Source of the DNA: Reclinomonas americana ATCC 50394
Lineage: Eukaryota
Length of the DNA stretch: 64,000 nucleotides
Assembly: GCA_048213135.1 (NCBI GenBank)
Contig: PS015009.1
Span: forward strand, 1,364,001-1,428,000
Direction of reading: 5' to 3'
Position numbers and translations under genes: made by a program. This document shows positions 50,497 to 60,513 of the stretch, one piece after another. Positions within the stretch are counted from its first letter, which is position 1. Each line of letters opens with the position of its first letter. The notes below the pieces were generated by a model, which ran no database searches, was not told the origin of the DNA, and saw only the letters and a program-made list of their open reading frames with translations.

Positions 50497-51450
50497 ATGA
50501 AAGTAACCGACCATATCAAGCAGGCCAAAAATACACTGATCTCTTTTGAAATACTGCCCCCGCTGAAAGGCAAGGGCATCCAGTCGCTTTACCAGCACCT
50601 CGATCCGCTGATGGCGTACAAACCATCATTCATCAATGTTACCTATCACCGGAGTGAGCACGTATTCAAGAAAAATGCCGATGGCAGCTTTCAGAAAGTA
50701 GTGGTACGTAAGCGCCCCGGAACAGAAAGTATCTGTGCTGCCATTATGAACAAGTACAGCGTAGACACCGTTCCCCACCTGATCTGCGGTGGATTCAGCA
50801 TTAATGAGACAGAAGACGCCCTTATCAACCTCAACTACCTGGGCATTGATAATGTACTGGTGCTGAGGGGCGATGCCGCGAAAAACGAAACGGCCTTTTT
50901 GCCGGAACCCGGCGGTCATAAATACGCGACTGACCTGCTGAAACAGGTGGTTGACCTTAATTCAGGCATATACCTGGAAGAAGACCTGAAGAACACCAGC
51001 CAGACCAAATTTTGTATTGGTGTGGCGGGCTACCCGGAAAAACATTTTGAGGCGCCCAACATGGACACCGATCTGCATTACCTGAAACAGAAGATAGATA
51101 TGGGGGCCGATTATATCATTACCCAAATGTTCTTCGACAATGAAAAATATTACTCGTTTGTAAAAGCCTGCCGTGATGCGGGGATCACCGTTCCCATTAT
51201 TCCCGGGCTGAAACCGGTATATAACCTGAAGCAGCTGACGATGTTGCCCAAGGTATTTCACATTGACCTGCCTACCGATCTTTCCAATGCCATGATGAAA
51301 TGCAAAGAAGACAAGGATGTGGAGAAGGTTGGCGAAGAATGGTTATTGCACCAGTCGCAGGAGCTCATCAAATTCGGTGTGCCGGTATTACACTACTATA
51401 CACTTGGCAAACCGCATATTGTAGGCAATGTGGTAGAAAAGATCATTTAA
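50497..51450 (+). CDS. metF: methylenetetrahydrofolate reductase
   Basis: SFEILPP, PHLICG, LRGD, AGYPEKH, TQMFF, HYYT. Confidence 0.95.
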   Translation: MKVTDHIKQAKNTLISFEILPPLKGKGIQSLYQHLDPLMAYKPSFINVTYHRSEHVFKKNADGSFQKVVVRKRPGTESICAAIMNKYSVDTVPHLICGGFSINETEDALINLNYLGIDNVLVLRGDAAKNETAFLPEPGGHKYATDLLKQVVDLNSGIYLEEDLKNTSQTKFCIGVAGYPEKHFEAPNMDTDLHYLKQKIDMGADYIITQMFFDNEKYYSFVKACRDAGITVPIIPGLKPVYNLKQLTMLPKVFHIDLPTDLSNAMMKCKEDKDVEKVGEEWLLHQSQELIKFGVPVLHYYTLGKPHIVGNVVEKII

Positions 51451-51459
51451 CTGAAATGC

Positions 51460-51487
51460 AAACGCCCCGACGAAAACCGGGGCGTTT
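51460..51487. terminator. bidirectional terminator
   Basis: aaacgccccg...cggggcgttt between convergent genes. Confidence 0.75.
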
Positions 51488-51513
51488 ACTATTCATCATT
51501 CGTATTGCTGTGT

Positions 51514-52218
51514 TTACCTGCCGAGGGGAATACCCACGGTGAAGCTCAATGTCCTGTACTTGTTCTTTTCATTTTCGGAATTGTCTTCCTGTTTGGAATT
51601 GATCTTCGCGAAACCGATACCATAGTTCACCTTAAACATAACCGGGCCCAGGTCAATACCACCGCCGATATTGGCGCCATAGTCGAAACGTTTCAGTTTG
51701 TCGTAGGCGGCATCTTCCTGTTGTGATGTGGTGGGGTCGTCGTCGTTAAACTTCACATCTTTAGTAGAAGTGGAAGTTACACCCAGGAATTTACTTTCCA
51801 CTCTTGATTTACCGGTAACACCCATCGCTACATAAGGACCGGCGTGAAAAAACACATTGGATTTTCCGCTTGGCGTCAGTGGTAATTTCACCACGGCGTT
51901 CAGTGGCAACTCAACGTAGTAAGCGTTGAATTTTGATTTTACATAGTTATCATCCTTGTTGCTGGTGAAATAGGTTTCCGATTTGGAACCGCGTCCTGTG
52001 AAGAGCAGCCCCGATTCCAGATCAAACATTTTTGAAATACCAAAACGAACCATGGCTCCTGCATTGAAAGTGGCCAGCATATTATTGTCCTCTGTTTGTC
52101 CGTCTTCACTTTTTGTAATGTTAGACAGGTTAAGGCCACCTTGTACATACACTTCCTGCGCCTGGGCGCTCATTGCCGCTGCGGAACCTACCAGCAGCAT
52201 AATCAGTAGTTTTTTCAT
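51514..52218 (-). CDS. outer-membrane beta-barrel (porin family) protein
   Basis: signal peptide; GGLNLS, YYVELPL, AGPY, FDYG, C-terminal LSFTVGIPL. Confidence 0.85.
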   Translation of the reverse strand: MKKLLIMLLVGSAAAMSAQAQEVYVQGGLNLSNITKSEDGQTEDNNMLATFNAGAMVRFGISKMFDLESGLLFTGRGSKSETYFTSNKDDNYVKSKFNAYYVELPLNAVVKLPLTPSGKSNVFFHAGPYVAMGVTGKSRVESKFLGVTSTSTKDVKFNDDDPTTSQQEDAAYDKLKRFDYGANIGGGIDLGPVMFKVNYGIGFAKINSKQEDNSENEKNKYRTLSFTVGIPLGR

Positions 52219-52355
52219 GTCGATTTTTTTTAATTAATAATTCGCCTATTTAACTATAGCCGATGATATTGTATTTTATTAACCAGTAAAAACAAAAAGC
52301 CTGCCAACACAAAGTGAAGACAGGCTTTTGACTATAAAAAAACTTTAGTTATACG

Positions 52356-54293
52356 TTATTTCAGCAGGGATTTGAATACAGACTCATTGATCACAATGGG
52401 GTATTTTTTCTTCAGTTGTGCTACCCACTGGTCTTCCAGCAGGGTTTGATAATCATTTATCACCAATCCGCGGGCCTCTTCAAAACTCCTTTGCATACCA
52501 CCGTTGAAAATCTGTAGCACTTTCGCGAAAGAGGTTGATCCGTCTACGGCGTTAACCACAGGTTGTGTAATGGTTCCCGCGGGTGATTTGGGATCGATAC
52601 CAATAGGTACCTGCGCCAGTTCATACCTGCCCGAATCGGCCTGTATATTGGCACCGCCTTCCTCAACAATCTTACGCCAGTCTTTACCTGCCTGCAATGC
52701 AGTAATGGCCTGTGCGGCTACCGTTTTATTGCTGCAGCTGAAAATGAGCAGGCTGGCACTGGGCGCCCACTGGTATTTTGATTTGTTGGCTTCGTAATAT
52801 TTTTTCAAACCGTCCACATCCTGTGCGGCGCTGCTCCACACATTGCGCTCCATGATCTCGAAAAGGATGTTGCCTTCCCTGAACTCATCCATCTGGTAGC
52901 GGAACTCGGTGTTGTATTCCTCCAGGTGTTTTTTATAATATTCCATGGCGGCGCTGGCAATGAACTTATCCATTACCGATGCATTGCCTTCGCCTTTATA
53001 TAACTCCGCATTGGTTTTAAGGTTACGGGCGAATGTAAGCCACTCGGCACCTGTAACGCTTGTTTTACCAAAACTGAAAATGGGTTTATTGCTGATGGGA
53101 TAACTGTTCACATCGGCATCATAGTGTAAGGCGGCACTGTCGGCATAGCGGAATACATCTGCATCTTTTACAGCCGTATTCTTTTTATAACCCACCAGCC
53201 TGATCACTTCCTGGTTGAAAGCTTCCCTGGCGCTTACGATTCGGGAATCGCCCTGTATCTTTTGTTTGAGATCGTATTGATAAGCCGTTTCGCTCTTATC
53301 GGATGGCGTGGGTGTATAACCCAGGCGTTTGATGATATGATAACCGTACGGCGAAGCAAAGGGCTTGCCGATCTCGCCGTCTTTTTTCAGTTTAAACACT
53401 TCATTCTCGAAAGCCATTTCGTATTTGCCGGTGCCGAACTCGGGCATTTCTCCGCCCACCATATAGGTCATTTTATCGTCGCTGTAGCTTTTAGCCATTT
53501 CGGAAAAGTCTTCGCCCGACTGCAGTTTACTGTAAATGGTATTGGCTTTCTCTTTCAGCTGTGCCATGTTTTGCACTGTATCGCCGGGGGGCAGGGACAG
53601 CAGGATCTGGGCAATGCGCCAGCGTCCGGCGCTTTTACGTTCTTCCACGAGTTTAAAAGCGTGAATACCGTTCTTGTTGCGGCGGGGTTTGCTGATCTCA
53701 CCAACACCGAGACTATAAATGATATTCTCGTATTCGTAAGGAAGAGAAAAGGCGGTTACAAAACCGATATCACTTCCCCTCATTTTAAATGTTTTTGCAG
53801 AAACCGCTTCCGCGATGGACGACCAGTTATTGGACGACTTACCCGCGGCAACCGCTTCGTTGATGGCTTTCCAGGCCAGCGCGGTATCGGCGGGACTCAT
53901 TACTTCACTGTTAACAGGAACAAAGAAATGCAGGATGTGCAAATCTTTCTGGCTGCGGCTGAAGGCCTCATCCACCAGGGTGTTCATGGCCTTTTCGTTG
54001 TTGAGGTAGTTCCCTTCTATCTGGGTACGGAATCCTTCCAGGTCGTATTTGATCTGCGGAAGTGTATCGAGGTGCATCTCCTGCGCCGCTTTTACTTTCA
54101 GTTTGAAACGGGTGTACAGCTCCAGGTATTCCCGCAGCGATTTTTCCTTGTCGTTAACAGGAGTTTTGTTCTTGTTATAGGCACGCAGAAATTCGTCTTT
54201 ATCAACGGAGATGCCGCCGTAGGTGAACAGCGTTTGCGAAGATGCCGCCAGCCCTGAAAAAGCCAGGGCCAGCAATAAGCCGGTTTTTTTCAT
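52356..54293 (-). CDS. SurA-like periplasmic peptidyl-prolyl isomerase
   Basis: EFLRAYNKN, KLKVKAA, parvulin SPYGYHIIKR, GLVINDYQ. Confidence 0.85.
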   Translation of the reverse strand: MKKTGLLLALAFSGLAASSQTLFTYGGISVDKDEFLRAYNKNKTPVNDKEKSLREYLELYTRFKLKVKAAQEMHLDTLPQIKYDLEGFRTQIEGNYLNNEKAMNTLVDEAFSRSQKDLHILHFFVPVNSEVMSPADTALAWKAINEAVAAGKSSNNWSSIAEAVSAKTFKMRGSDIGFVTAFSLPYEYENIIYSLGVGEISKPRRNKNGIHAFKLVEERKSAGRWRIAQILLSLPPGDTVQNMAQLKEKANTIYSKLQSGEDFSEMAKSYSDDKMTYMVGGEMPEFGTGKYEMAFENEVFKLKKDGEIGKPFASPYGYHIIKRLGYTPTPSDKSETAYQYDLKQKIQGDSRIVSAREAFNQEVIRLVGYKKNTAVKDADVFRYADSAALHYDADVNSYPISNKPIFSFGKTSVTGAEWLTFARNLKTNAELYKGEGNASVMDKFIASAAMEYYKKHLEEYNTEFRYQMDEFREGNILFEIMERNVWSSAAQDVDGLKKYYEANKSKYQWAPSASLLIFSCSNKTVAAQAITALQAGKDWRKIVEEGGANIQADSGRYELAQVPIGIDPKSPAGTITQPVVNAVDGSTSFAKVLQIFNGGMQRSFEEARGLVINDYQTLLEDQWVAQLKKKYPIVINESVFKSLLK

Positions 54294-54333
54294 CTGTTTA
54301 TTTCTCATTTTTATCAGTCAGCAATGGTCGTGA

Positions 54334-55782
54334 TCAGTTACGTGTCGTTTTCCACTTTACTTCCAGTAATTCATTCATCTGGTCGAGGGTCAGTTTTTTT
54401 CCAACGATCCTCTTCTCTTTATCAAGCAAATACAATGTTGGGGTTGAAGAAATATCATACAACTGGCGGAAGCTGGGCTTTTGAGCATCGCGGGATGCTT
54501 TTTCCATTTGTACGCTTTCATATACATGTGTCCATTCGCCCAGGTTGTTGGCGTCAATGAATTTTATCCATTCGGCCTTCACCGCGTCGGGCCCTTTTTC
54601 AGGTGTGAGTACGGCATATATTTTTACCCCGTGCTGTTTCCAGCCAGCCCGGTAAAAAGAATCGAGGCGGGGTATTTCCAGCTTGCAATGTCCGCAATTG
54701 GGATCCCAGAACGCGACAATGGTATAAGCCGCGTCAAGATTATATAAAGGCGCCACTTTCTCGCTCCTGTCCAGGAATTCCAGGTTGGCGGCGGGCTCTC
54801 CCACCAGGTTGGCCATCAGCATGTACGCCCTGCGGGTAATGGCTTCCATCTGTTTTTCGTTCAGCCATTTGCTGAGTCCCTTGCTGTGGTATTTTTCAAA
54901 AAGATGTACAAATACGGCATCCTGGCCCATGTACCTGGGGTTGATGTATTCATCGGTGAACCAGTTCAGCAAAAACTTGTACAGTTCCGGCGAACTGCGG
55001 GCCAGCAGCATTTTATAATCAAGGTCTTTGATGATGGTGGCCGCGTCCTGTTCCAGTATTTCGTGGTAATAATTATCGAGTTTGCGCAGGAAGAACGGTG
55101 TATTGATGATGCGTTCGTCCATAAAAGTAACGCCGTCCCAGTAGTGGGCCTTATAGTAGTTGTAATTGTTCAGCGAATCTTCGCGGGTGACCGGCTTTTT
55201 ATTGGGCACAATAGGCTCCTTCATAGCCTTGAGCAATGCCGTAAGCATGGCATTGGGATATTTTTTGATGAGGTCCTCCCGGTAAGCATTCAGCTCGCTA
55301 TTATAGGTATTGTACTGCTTTTCATGAAGCAGGGAGTCGGCCTTTGTTTTTGACGCGGCATAGGCATCCCTTTCCGCGTTGAGCAGCGTGCCCTTGGTGG
55401 CCACATATTTCTGGTATTCCTGGTAAAGAATATTCTCTTTGGAGCCGGTGATTACGGTCTTGTTCACCAGGTCGGTAAGATCGGGTGCTTTGATATTGAT
55501 CTTCTGTTCCTTGTCGATCAAAAATTCGATGCGGGACTGTTTACCGGGAAACACCAGCACATAAATACCGGGTTCGAGTTTCCCCGGCCCCTTAAAAACA
55601 GCTGTTCCGGCACTGCTGAAAGCCGCGGAATCGGCAATATTAAGATTGGCGCCCCTGTAATAAGTAAGGTAAGCGATACCATTCCTGTAAGCCGGGGCCT
55701 GCAGGTTTACCTGGTAGCCCTGGGCAGACATACTGCTGCAGGCGAGCATAAAAAGCAGGAAGGAGAGAAGTCTGTTCATCAT
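54334..55782 (-). CDS. DUF5106/thioredoxin-like domain protein
   Basis: signal peptide; YKAHYWD, MGQDAVFVH, FWDPNCGHCK, TPTLYLLD. Confidence 0.82.
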   Translation of the reverse strand: MMNRLLSFLLFMLACSSMSAQGYQVNLQAPAYRNGIAYLTYYRGANLNIADSAAFSSAGTAVFKGPGKLEPGIYVLVFPGKQSRIEFLIDKEQKINIKAPDLTDLVNKTVITGSKENILYQEYQKYVATKGTLLNAERDAYAASKTKADSLLHEKQYNTYNSELNAYREDLIKKYPNAMLTALLKAMKEPIVPNKKPVTREDSLNNYNYYKAHYWDGVTFMDERIINTPFFLRKLDNYYHEILEQDAATIIKDLDYKMLLARSSPELYKFLLNWFTDEYINPRYMGQDAVFVHLFEKYHSKGLSKWLNEKQMEAITRRAYMLMANLVGEPAANLEFLDRSEKVAPLYNLDAAYTIVAFWDPNCGHCKLEIPRLDSFYRAGWKQHGVKIYAVLTPEKGPDAVKAEWIKFIDANNLGEWTHVYESVQMEKASRDAQKPSFRQLYDISSTPTLYLLDKEKRIVGKKLTLDQMNELLEVKWKTTRN

Positions 55783-55905
55783 ATTTTAAGGATAGCAAAT
55801 GTATTTAAAATCGTTGGTTATCGGGAAAGGGCCCTGTTCCGGGTTTTAACAATTACAAATCATTAACAAAACAATATTGAGGATTAATAAGGTATTTTTG
55901 CTGCC

Positions 55906-57312
55906 GTGAGCAGAAAAAACAAGCAACAATTACTGGAAGACGTCGCGGTTACTGATTATGCGGCAGAAGGCAAGGCACTGGCCCGGGTAGACGGGAAAGT
56001 GATTTTTATATCCGGCGCCGTACCCGGCGATGTGGCGGATGTTATGCTTACCAAAAGCAAAAAGGACTGGGCCGAAGGCCGGGTTACACAAATAAAAAAG
56101 ATGGCGCCCGACCGCCAGGAACCCTTTTGCCGGCATTTTGGGGTATGCGGCGGATGTAAATGGCAGATGCTGCCTTATAGCAAACAATTGCAATATAAAC
56201 AGCAGGAAGCTGAACAGAACCTGCGCCGCATTGGTAAACTGGAGTTTCCGGATATGCTGCCCATTGTTGGATCAGACCTTACCACCGCTTACCGCAACAA
56301 ACTCGAATTCACCTTTTCCAACAAACGTTACCTGCTGCCCGGTGAAATAGTAGCTGGAGAAACACCGGTAAACAGCCCCGCGCTGGGTTACCATGCGCCC
56401 CGCATCTTTGACAAGGTGATCGATATACAAACCTGCTACCTGATGGATGATGTGAATAACCGCATCCGCAACAGCGTTCGCAGTTTTGCGCTGGACAATG
56501 ATTTTGAATTTTATGATGTGCGCCAGCATACCGGCTGGCTGCGCAATATTATTATACGGTACTGCACCACCGGCGAACTGATGGTGAACATTTGCCTGAA
56601 CCACGAAGCGGAGGACGACAGGAAACGCTTGCTGGACCACCTGTTGCAACAGGTACCGGAGATCAGCACCCTGCTGTATACCATCAACCCCAAATGGAAC
56701 GATACCATTTACGACCTGGAACCACAGGTATATTACGGTAAGGGGTATGCGCTGGAGAAACTGGAAGAATTCCAGTTCAAGATATCGCCCAAATCGTTTT
56801 TCCAGACCAATACCCGGCAGGGAGAAAAGTTGTACAGCATTGCCCGGGATTTTGCAGGGCTAACCGGGAATGAAATTGTATACGACCTGTACTGCGGCAC
56901 GGGCAGCATTGGTATTTTTGTAAGTCCGCTGGCGAAAAAGATCATTGGCGTGGAAGTGATTGCCGATGCCATAGAAGACGCGAAAGAGAATGCGGCGCTG
57001 AATGGCATTACCCATGCGGAATTTTTCGCGGGGGATGTAATCAAGATCTGCGATGATGCTTTTTTTGCCCGTCATGGCCGCCCCGATGTAGTGATCACCG
57101 ATCCTCCCAGGGCGGGTATGCATGAAAAACTGGTCAACAAACTGCTGGAGATGGAAGCGCCGCGTATTGTATACGTAAGTTGCAATACCGCTACCCAGGC
57201 CCGCGACCTGGCATTGCTGGCAGAAAAATACCGGATCGTAAAAGTGCAGGCCGTGGATATGTTCCCGCATACGCATCATATTGAGTGCGTGGCCCTGCTT
57301 GAACTGAAATGA
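55906..57312 (+). CDS. rlmD: 23S rRNA (uracil-C5)-methyltransferase RlmD
   Basis: TRAM domain, CRHFGVCGGCKWQ, SFFQTN, DLYCGTG, DPPRAG, YVSCN, DMFPHTHHIE; GTG start. Confidence 0.94.
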   Translation: MSRKNKQQLLEDVAVTDYAAEGKALARVDGKVIFISGAVPGDVADVMLTKSKKDWAEGRVTQIKKMAPDRQEPFCRHFGVCGGCKWQMLPYSKQLQYKQQEAEQNLRRIGKLEFPDMLPIVGSDLTTAYRNKLEFTFSNKRYLLPGEIVAGETPVNSPALGYHAPRIFDKVIDIQTCYLMDDVNNRIRNSVRSFALDNDFEFYDVRQHTGWLRNIIIRYCTTGELMVNICLNHEAEDDRKRLLDHLLQQVPEISTLLYTINPKWNDTIYDLEPQVYYGKGYALEKLEEFQFKISPKSFFQTNTRQGEKLYSIARDFAGLTGNEIVYDLYCGTGSIGIFVSPLAKKIIGVEVIADAIEDAKENAALNGITHAEFFAGDVIKICDDAFFARHGRPDVVITDPPRAGMHEKLVNKLLEMEAPRIVYVSCNTATQARDLALLAEKYRIVKVQAVDMFPHTHHIECVALLELK

Positions 57313-57332
57313 TTATCAAAAATTAAGGTACC

Positions 57333-58037
57333 ATGTCATATTACGGCTCAGGAAATTCCATTCAAAGGAGCAGCCCCGTGGTTTTTAATCTCATTATCAT
57401 CAATGTGCTGGTGTTTGTTGCCCAGCTCATGATCACTTCTTTTAATGTTACGGAATGGGGTTCACTGCATTATTATAAGTCTTCCCTGTTTTACCCGCAC
57501 CAGCTGATCACCAGCTTTTTTATGCATGATACCGGTAACTACGGGCATATCATTTTTAATATGATCTGTTTGTTCACCTTTGGTACGATGCTGGAAAGAC
57601 ACTGGGGTTCAAAACGCTTCCTGATCTTTTACCTGGTATGCGGTATCGGTTCCAGTATCATTGTTGAGCTGTCTATACCTTTCAGTGCCCAGCAGTTTGC
57701 CAAAAGCGCTGAAGCATTGCAATATGGTGGCAATACCGCCGAAGTGATTGAGGCCTATAAACAACAATACAGCGCACTGGGCGCATCAGGCGCTATTATG
57801 GGGCTGGAAGCCGCCTTTGTTTATCTTTTCCCGAATACACTGTTGTATGTTATGTTCATTCCCGTGCCGGTTAAAGCCAAATATGTAATCCCCGCATTTA
57901 TGCTGATCGATCTCTTTGGTATTTCTTACCGTATTGCGGGTGATAATATCGGGCACTTTGCCCACCTGGGGGGTGCTTTGGTCGGGTTCATTATCGTCAT
58001 TATCTGGAACCGAACCAATAAAAAAACTTTCTATTAA
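57333..58037 (+). CDS. rhomboid family intramembrane serine protease
   Basis: FMH, HIIFNM, GASGA, AHLGGA. Confidence 0.92.
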   Translation: MSYYGSGNSIQRSSPVVFNLIIINVLVFVAQLMITSFNVTEWGSLHYYKSSLFYPHQLITSFFMHDTGNYGHIIFNMICLFTFGTMLERHWGSKRFLIFYLVCGIGSSIIVELSIPFSAQQFAKSAEALQYGGNTAEVIEAYKQQYSALGASGAIMGLEAAFVYLFPNTLLYVMFIPVPVKAKYVIPAFMLIDLFGISYRIAGDNIGHFAHLGGALVGFIIVIIWNRTNKKTFY

Positions 58038-58091
58038 CGCTAACACCGTATTGCCGGTACGCGTTGTACATTAGCAGGGCAAAAAATTATT

Positions 58092-59024
58092 ATGGGGATC
58101 TCCGACAGGCATATTGAATACAAGGACAAGTACGAACAGCCGGGCATCAGGTTCAGTATCAACAGCCCGGTGGTGATGCTGATCATCATCAATTTCAGCG
58201 TATTCCTGTTTGTGCAGTTTCTTGCTTTTGGTAATGCGACAGGTGATACTTCCATCAGTCCCTACCTGACGCAGAAGCTGAGCGCTTTCCTGGTACCTTC
58301 CGGGTGGAGCCAGCTGGGATCACAACCCTGGAGTGCACTCACCTACAGCATATTCCATTACAGCTTTCTGAATATTGTAAGCAATATGCTTTGGCTCTGG
58401 GCATTTGGCACCCTGCTGCTCACCGTAGCCGGCGAGCGTACGGTTTTCCCGGTCTATATTTACGGTGCTATTGGCGGCGCCCTGGTATTTGTTACCGTTG
58501 CTTCGCTCATTGGCGGAGGGCCCTGGCTGCCCATGAACGCTTCCAATGCCGCGGTAATGGCAATAGCCGTTGCGGCCACCACCCTGGCACCCAATTACCG
58601 GATATTGCCGCAACTGGGCAGGGGCATACCCATTTGGACAATCACCGTGCTGTACCTCATCATTGACTTTGCCGGTATGGGCCTGGCCGACAAAAGGCCT
58701 TACTACGCTGCGCACCTGGGCGGGGCGGTAACCGGTTTGCTGTTTATGCTCAGCTATAAGAACGGGTACGACTGGGGTGCCTGGATGAACCGTTTGTACA
58801 ACTGGTTTATGGACCTCTTCAGTCCTGAAAAAAATAAAGAAGGTAACGGCGTGAAAGAAAAAGTGTTTTATGATGCCGGCAACCGGAACCCTTACACCCG
58901 GACCGCCAATATTACCCAGCAGCGTGTAGACGAGATCCTGGATAAGATCAGCCAGAAAGGATATGATAAACTGACAAAAGAAGAAAAAGATATCCTGAAA
59001 AGAGCCAGTGAAAGCGATCAATAA
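58092..59024 (+). CDS. rhomboid family protein with C-terminal helical domain
   Basis: SNMLWL, NASNAAVMA (atypical GxSG), AHLGGA, VDEILDKISQKGYDKLT. Confidence 0.85.
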   Translation: MGISDRHIEYKDKYEQPGIRFSINSPVVMLIIINFSVFLFVQFLAFGNATGDTSISPYLTQKLSAFLVPSGWSQLGSQPWSALTYSIFHYSFLNIVSNMLWLWAFGTLLLTVAGERTVFPVYIYGAIGGALVFVTVASLIGGGPWLPMNASNAAVMAIAVAATTLAPNYRILPQLGRGIPIWTITVLYLIIDFAGMGLADKRPYYAAHLGGAVTGLLFMLSYKNGYDWGAWMNRLYNWFMDLFSPEKNKEGNGVKEKVFYDAGNRNPYTRTANITQQRVDEILDKISQKGYDKLTKEEKDILKRASESDQ

Positions 59025-59081
59025 ATTATCACCAGGCTAATGCGAACGTAATCATTAGTAATTAGTAATTCGTAATTATTC

Positions 59082-60206
59082 ATGGCCAGCATCTTCCGGA
59101 AACTGACGAAAAAATTCTTCATCATCAGCAACCTGGTGGTGTCGGTGCTTTTCCTGCTGGGCTGCTATGCTTATTATTTCAACCCGCAACACTGGTGGTT
59201 CCTTGGGTTACTTACGCTGGGTGCTTTTTACCTGTTGCTGTTATTGCTGCTGTTCCTGTTTTTCTGGTTGTTTGTAAAACCGGGCTGGACGCTCATCTCC
59301 CTGTTGACTATTGCCCTGGCTTACCGCCCGGTAACACAGATGCTGCCCTTGCGCTTTTCAGCAAGTTTTGAAAAGAAGAAAAGCCGCGACGCACTCCGTG
59401 TTATGACCTGGAACGTAGAGCACTTTGATATACTCGAACACAAAACACATCCCGAGACCAAGGAAAAAATGCTGAACCTGGTAACGGAATACCAGCCCGA
59501 TGTTGCCTGCTTCCAGGAAATGGTAGGCGGCGATAAGAGCCCAGCGGCCATTAACTATGTGCCCGATATGGCTCCCCGCCTCGATTTTACCGGGTACTTT
59601 TATTCCTACAATCCCAAACTGGATTTTGACGGCGATCACCACTTCGGTCTCATCACATTTTCGAGGTACCCCATCATCAATAAACAAACGGTGAGTTATT
59701 ATCCCCACGACTATAACTCTATTTTCCAGTATACTGATATTGTAAAAGGAAGCGATACCATAAGGGTGTTCAATATTCACCTGCAATCGCTTAAGTTCAG
59801 TGCCGATAACCTGCAGTACATTGATAAGCCCAGCGTGGGCGAGGAGGGCGATATGCAAAAATCGAAAAACGTGCTGGTGAAACTGAAAAGGGGATTCCTG
59901 AAACGGCAGGTGCAGGCCGACCGGATAAGGGAAGCCATTGACCAGAGCCCTTACCCGGTGGTGGTTTGCGGCGACTTTAATGATGTGCCCAACAGTTATG
60001 CCTACCATACCATTGGCAAGGGATTGAAAAACGCGTTTGCCGAAAGCGGCATCGGCCTTGACCGTACATTCAGCGGCATCAGCCCTACCCTGCGGATAGA
60101 TAATATTTTTACCTCCGGCCGGTTCTCCATACAGCAATACACCCGGGTGAATAAAAGACTGAGTGATCACTTCCCGGTTTTCGCGGATGTGCAATTGAAA
60201 AAGTGA
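59082..60206 (+). CDS. endonuclease/exonuclease/phosphatase family membrane protein
   Basis: N-terminal TMs; MTWNV, CFQE, HLQS, GDFNDVP, RIDNI, SDHFPV. Confidence 0.9.
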   Translation: MASIFRKLTKKFFIISNLVVSVLFLLGCYAYYFNPQHWWFLGLLTLGAFYLLLLLLLFLFFWLFVKPGWTLISLLTIALAYRPVTQMLPLRFSASFEKKKSRDALRVMTWNVEHFDILEHKTHPETKEKMLNLVTEYQPDVACFQEMVGGDKSPAAINYVPDMAPRLDFTGYFYSYNPKLDFDGDHHFGLITFSRYPIINKQTVSYYPHDYNSIFQYTDIVKGSDTIRVFNIHLQSLKFSADNLQYIDKPSVGEEGDMQKSKNVLVKLKRGFLKRQVQADRIREAIDQSPYPVVVCGDFNDVPNSYAYHTIGKGLKNAFAESGIGLDRTFSGISPTLRIDNIFTSGRFSIQQYTRVNKRLSDHFPVFADVQLKK

Positions 60207-60306
60207 TAAGTATAAAGTAGCAAGACACTCCTTTTTTAACTCGTTACCCTTTATACACGCTACCTGCTACCCCACTTTCAAAAAAAAGAATATCTTTACC
60301 GCCTCA

Positions 60307-60360
60307 ATGAACAACAGCTACACATACCGGTTTCTTTGTTGCCCTTGCGGCATATGCTGA
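60307..60360 (+). CDS. putative cysS leader peptide MNNSYTYRFLCCPCGIC
   Basis: 17-aa ORF with 4 Cys in last 7 codons, 153 nt upstream of cysS; TATCTTTA at 60291-60298; hairpin and T-tract at 60377-60397. Confidence 0.7.
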   Translation: MNNSYTYRFLCCPCGIC

Positions 60361-60513
60361 TATTTTCCATCCCCGAAAGCCTGATAGGCTTATTTTTACA
60401 AACGATTTTACGGTGATAGTCCTGCCCAATAAGGAGATGAAGCACAAGAGTGCGACGCCACAGAAGCTACAGCGCAGTACTACAGCCCGGATCATAAAAA
60501 ACCAAAACCTACC

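Noticed and set aside
60207-60513. T-box riboswitch before cysS
   Set aside because: No T-box consensus (GGTGGNACCGCG) or strong terminator seen; the leader peptide explains the region better.
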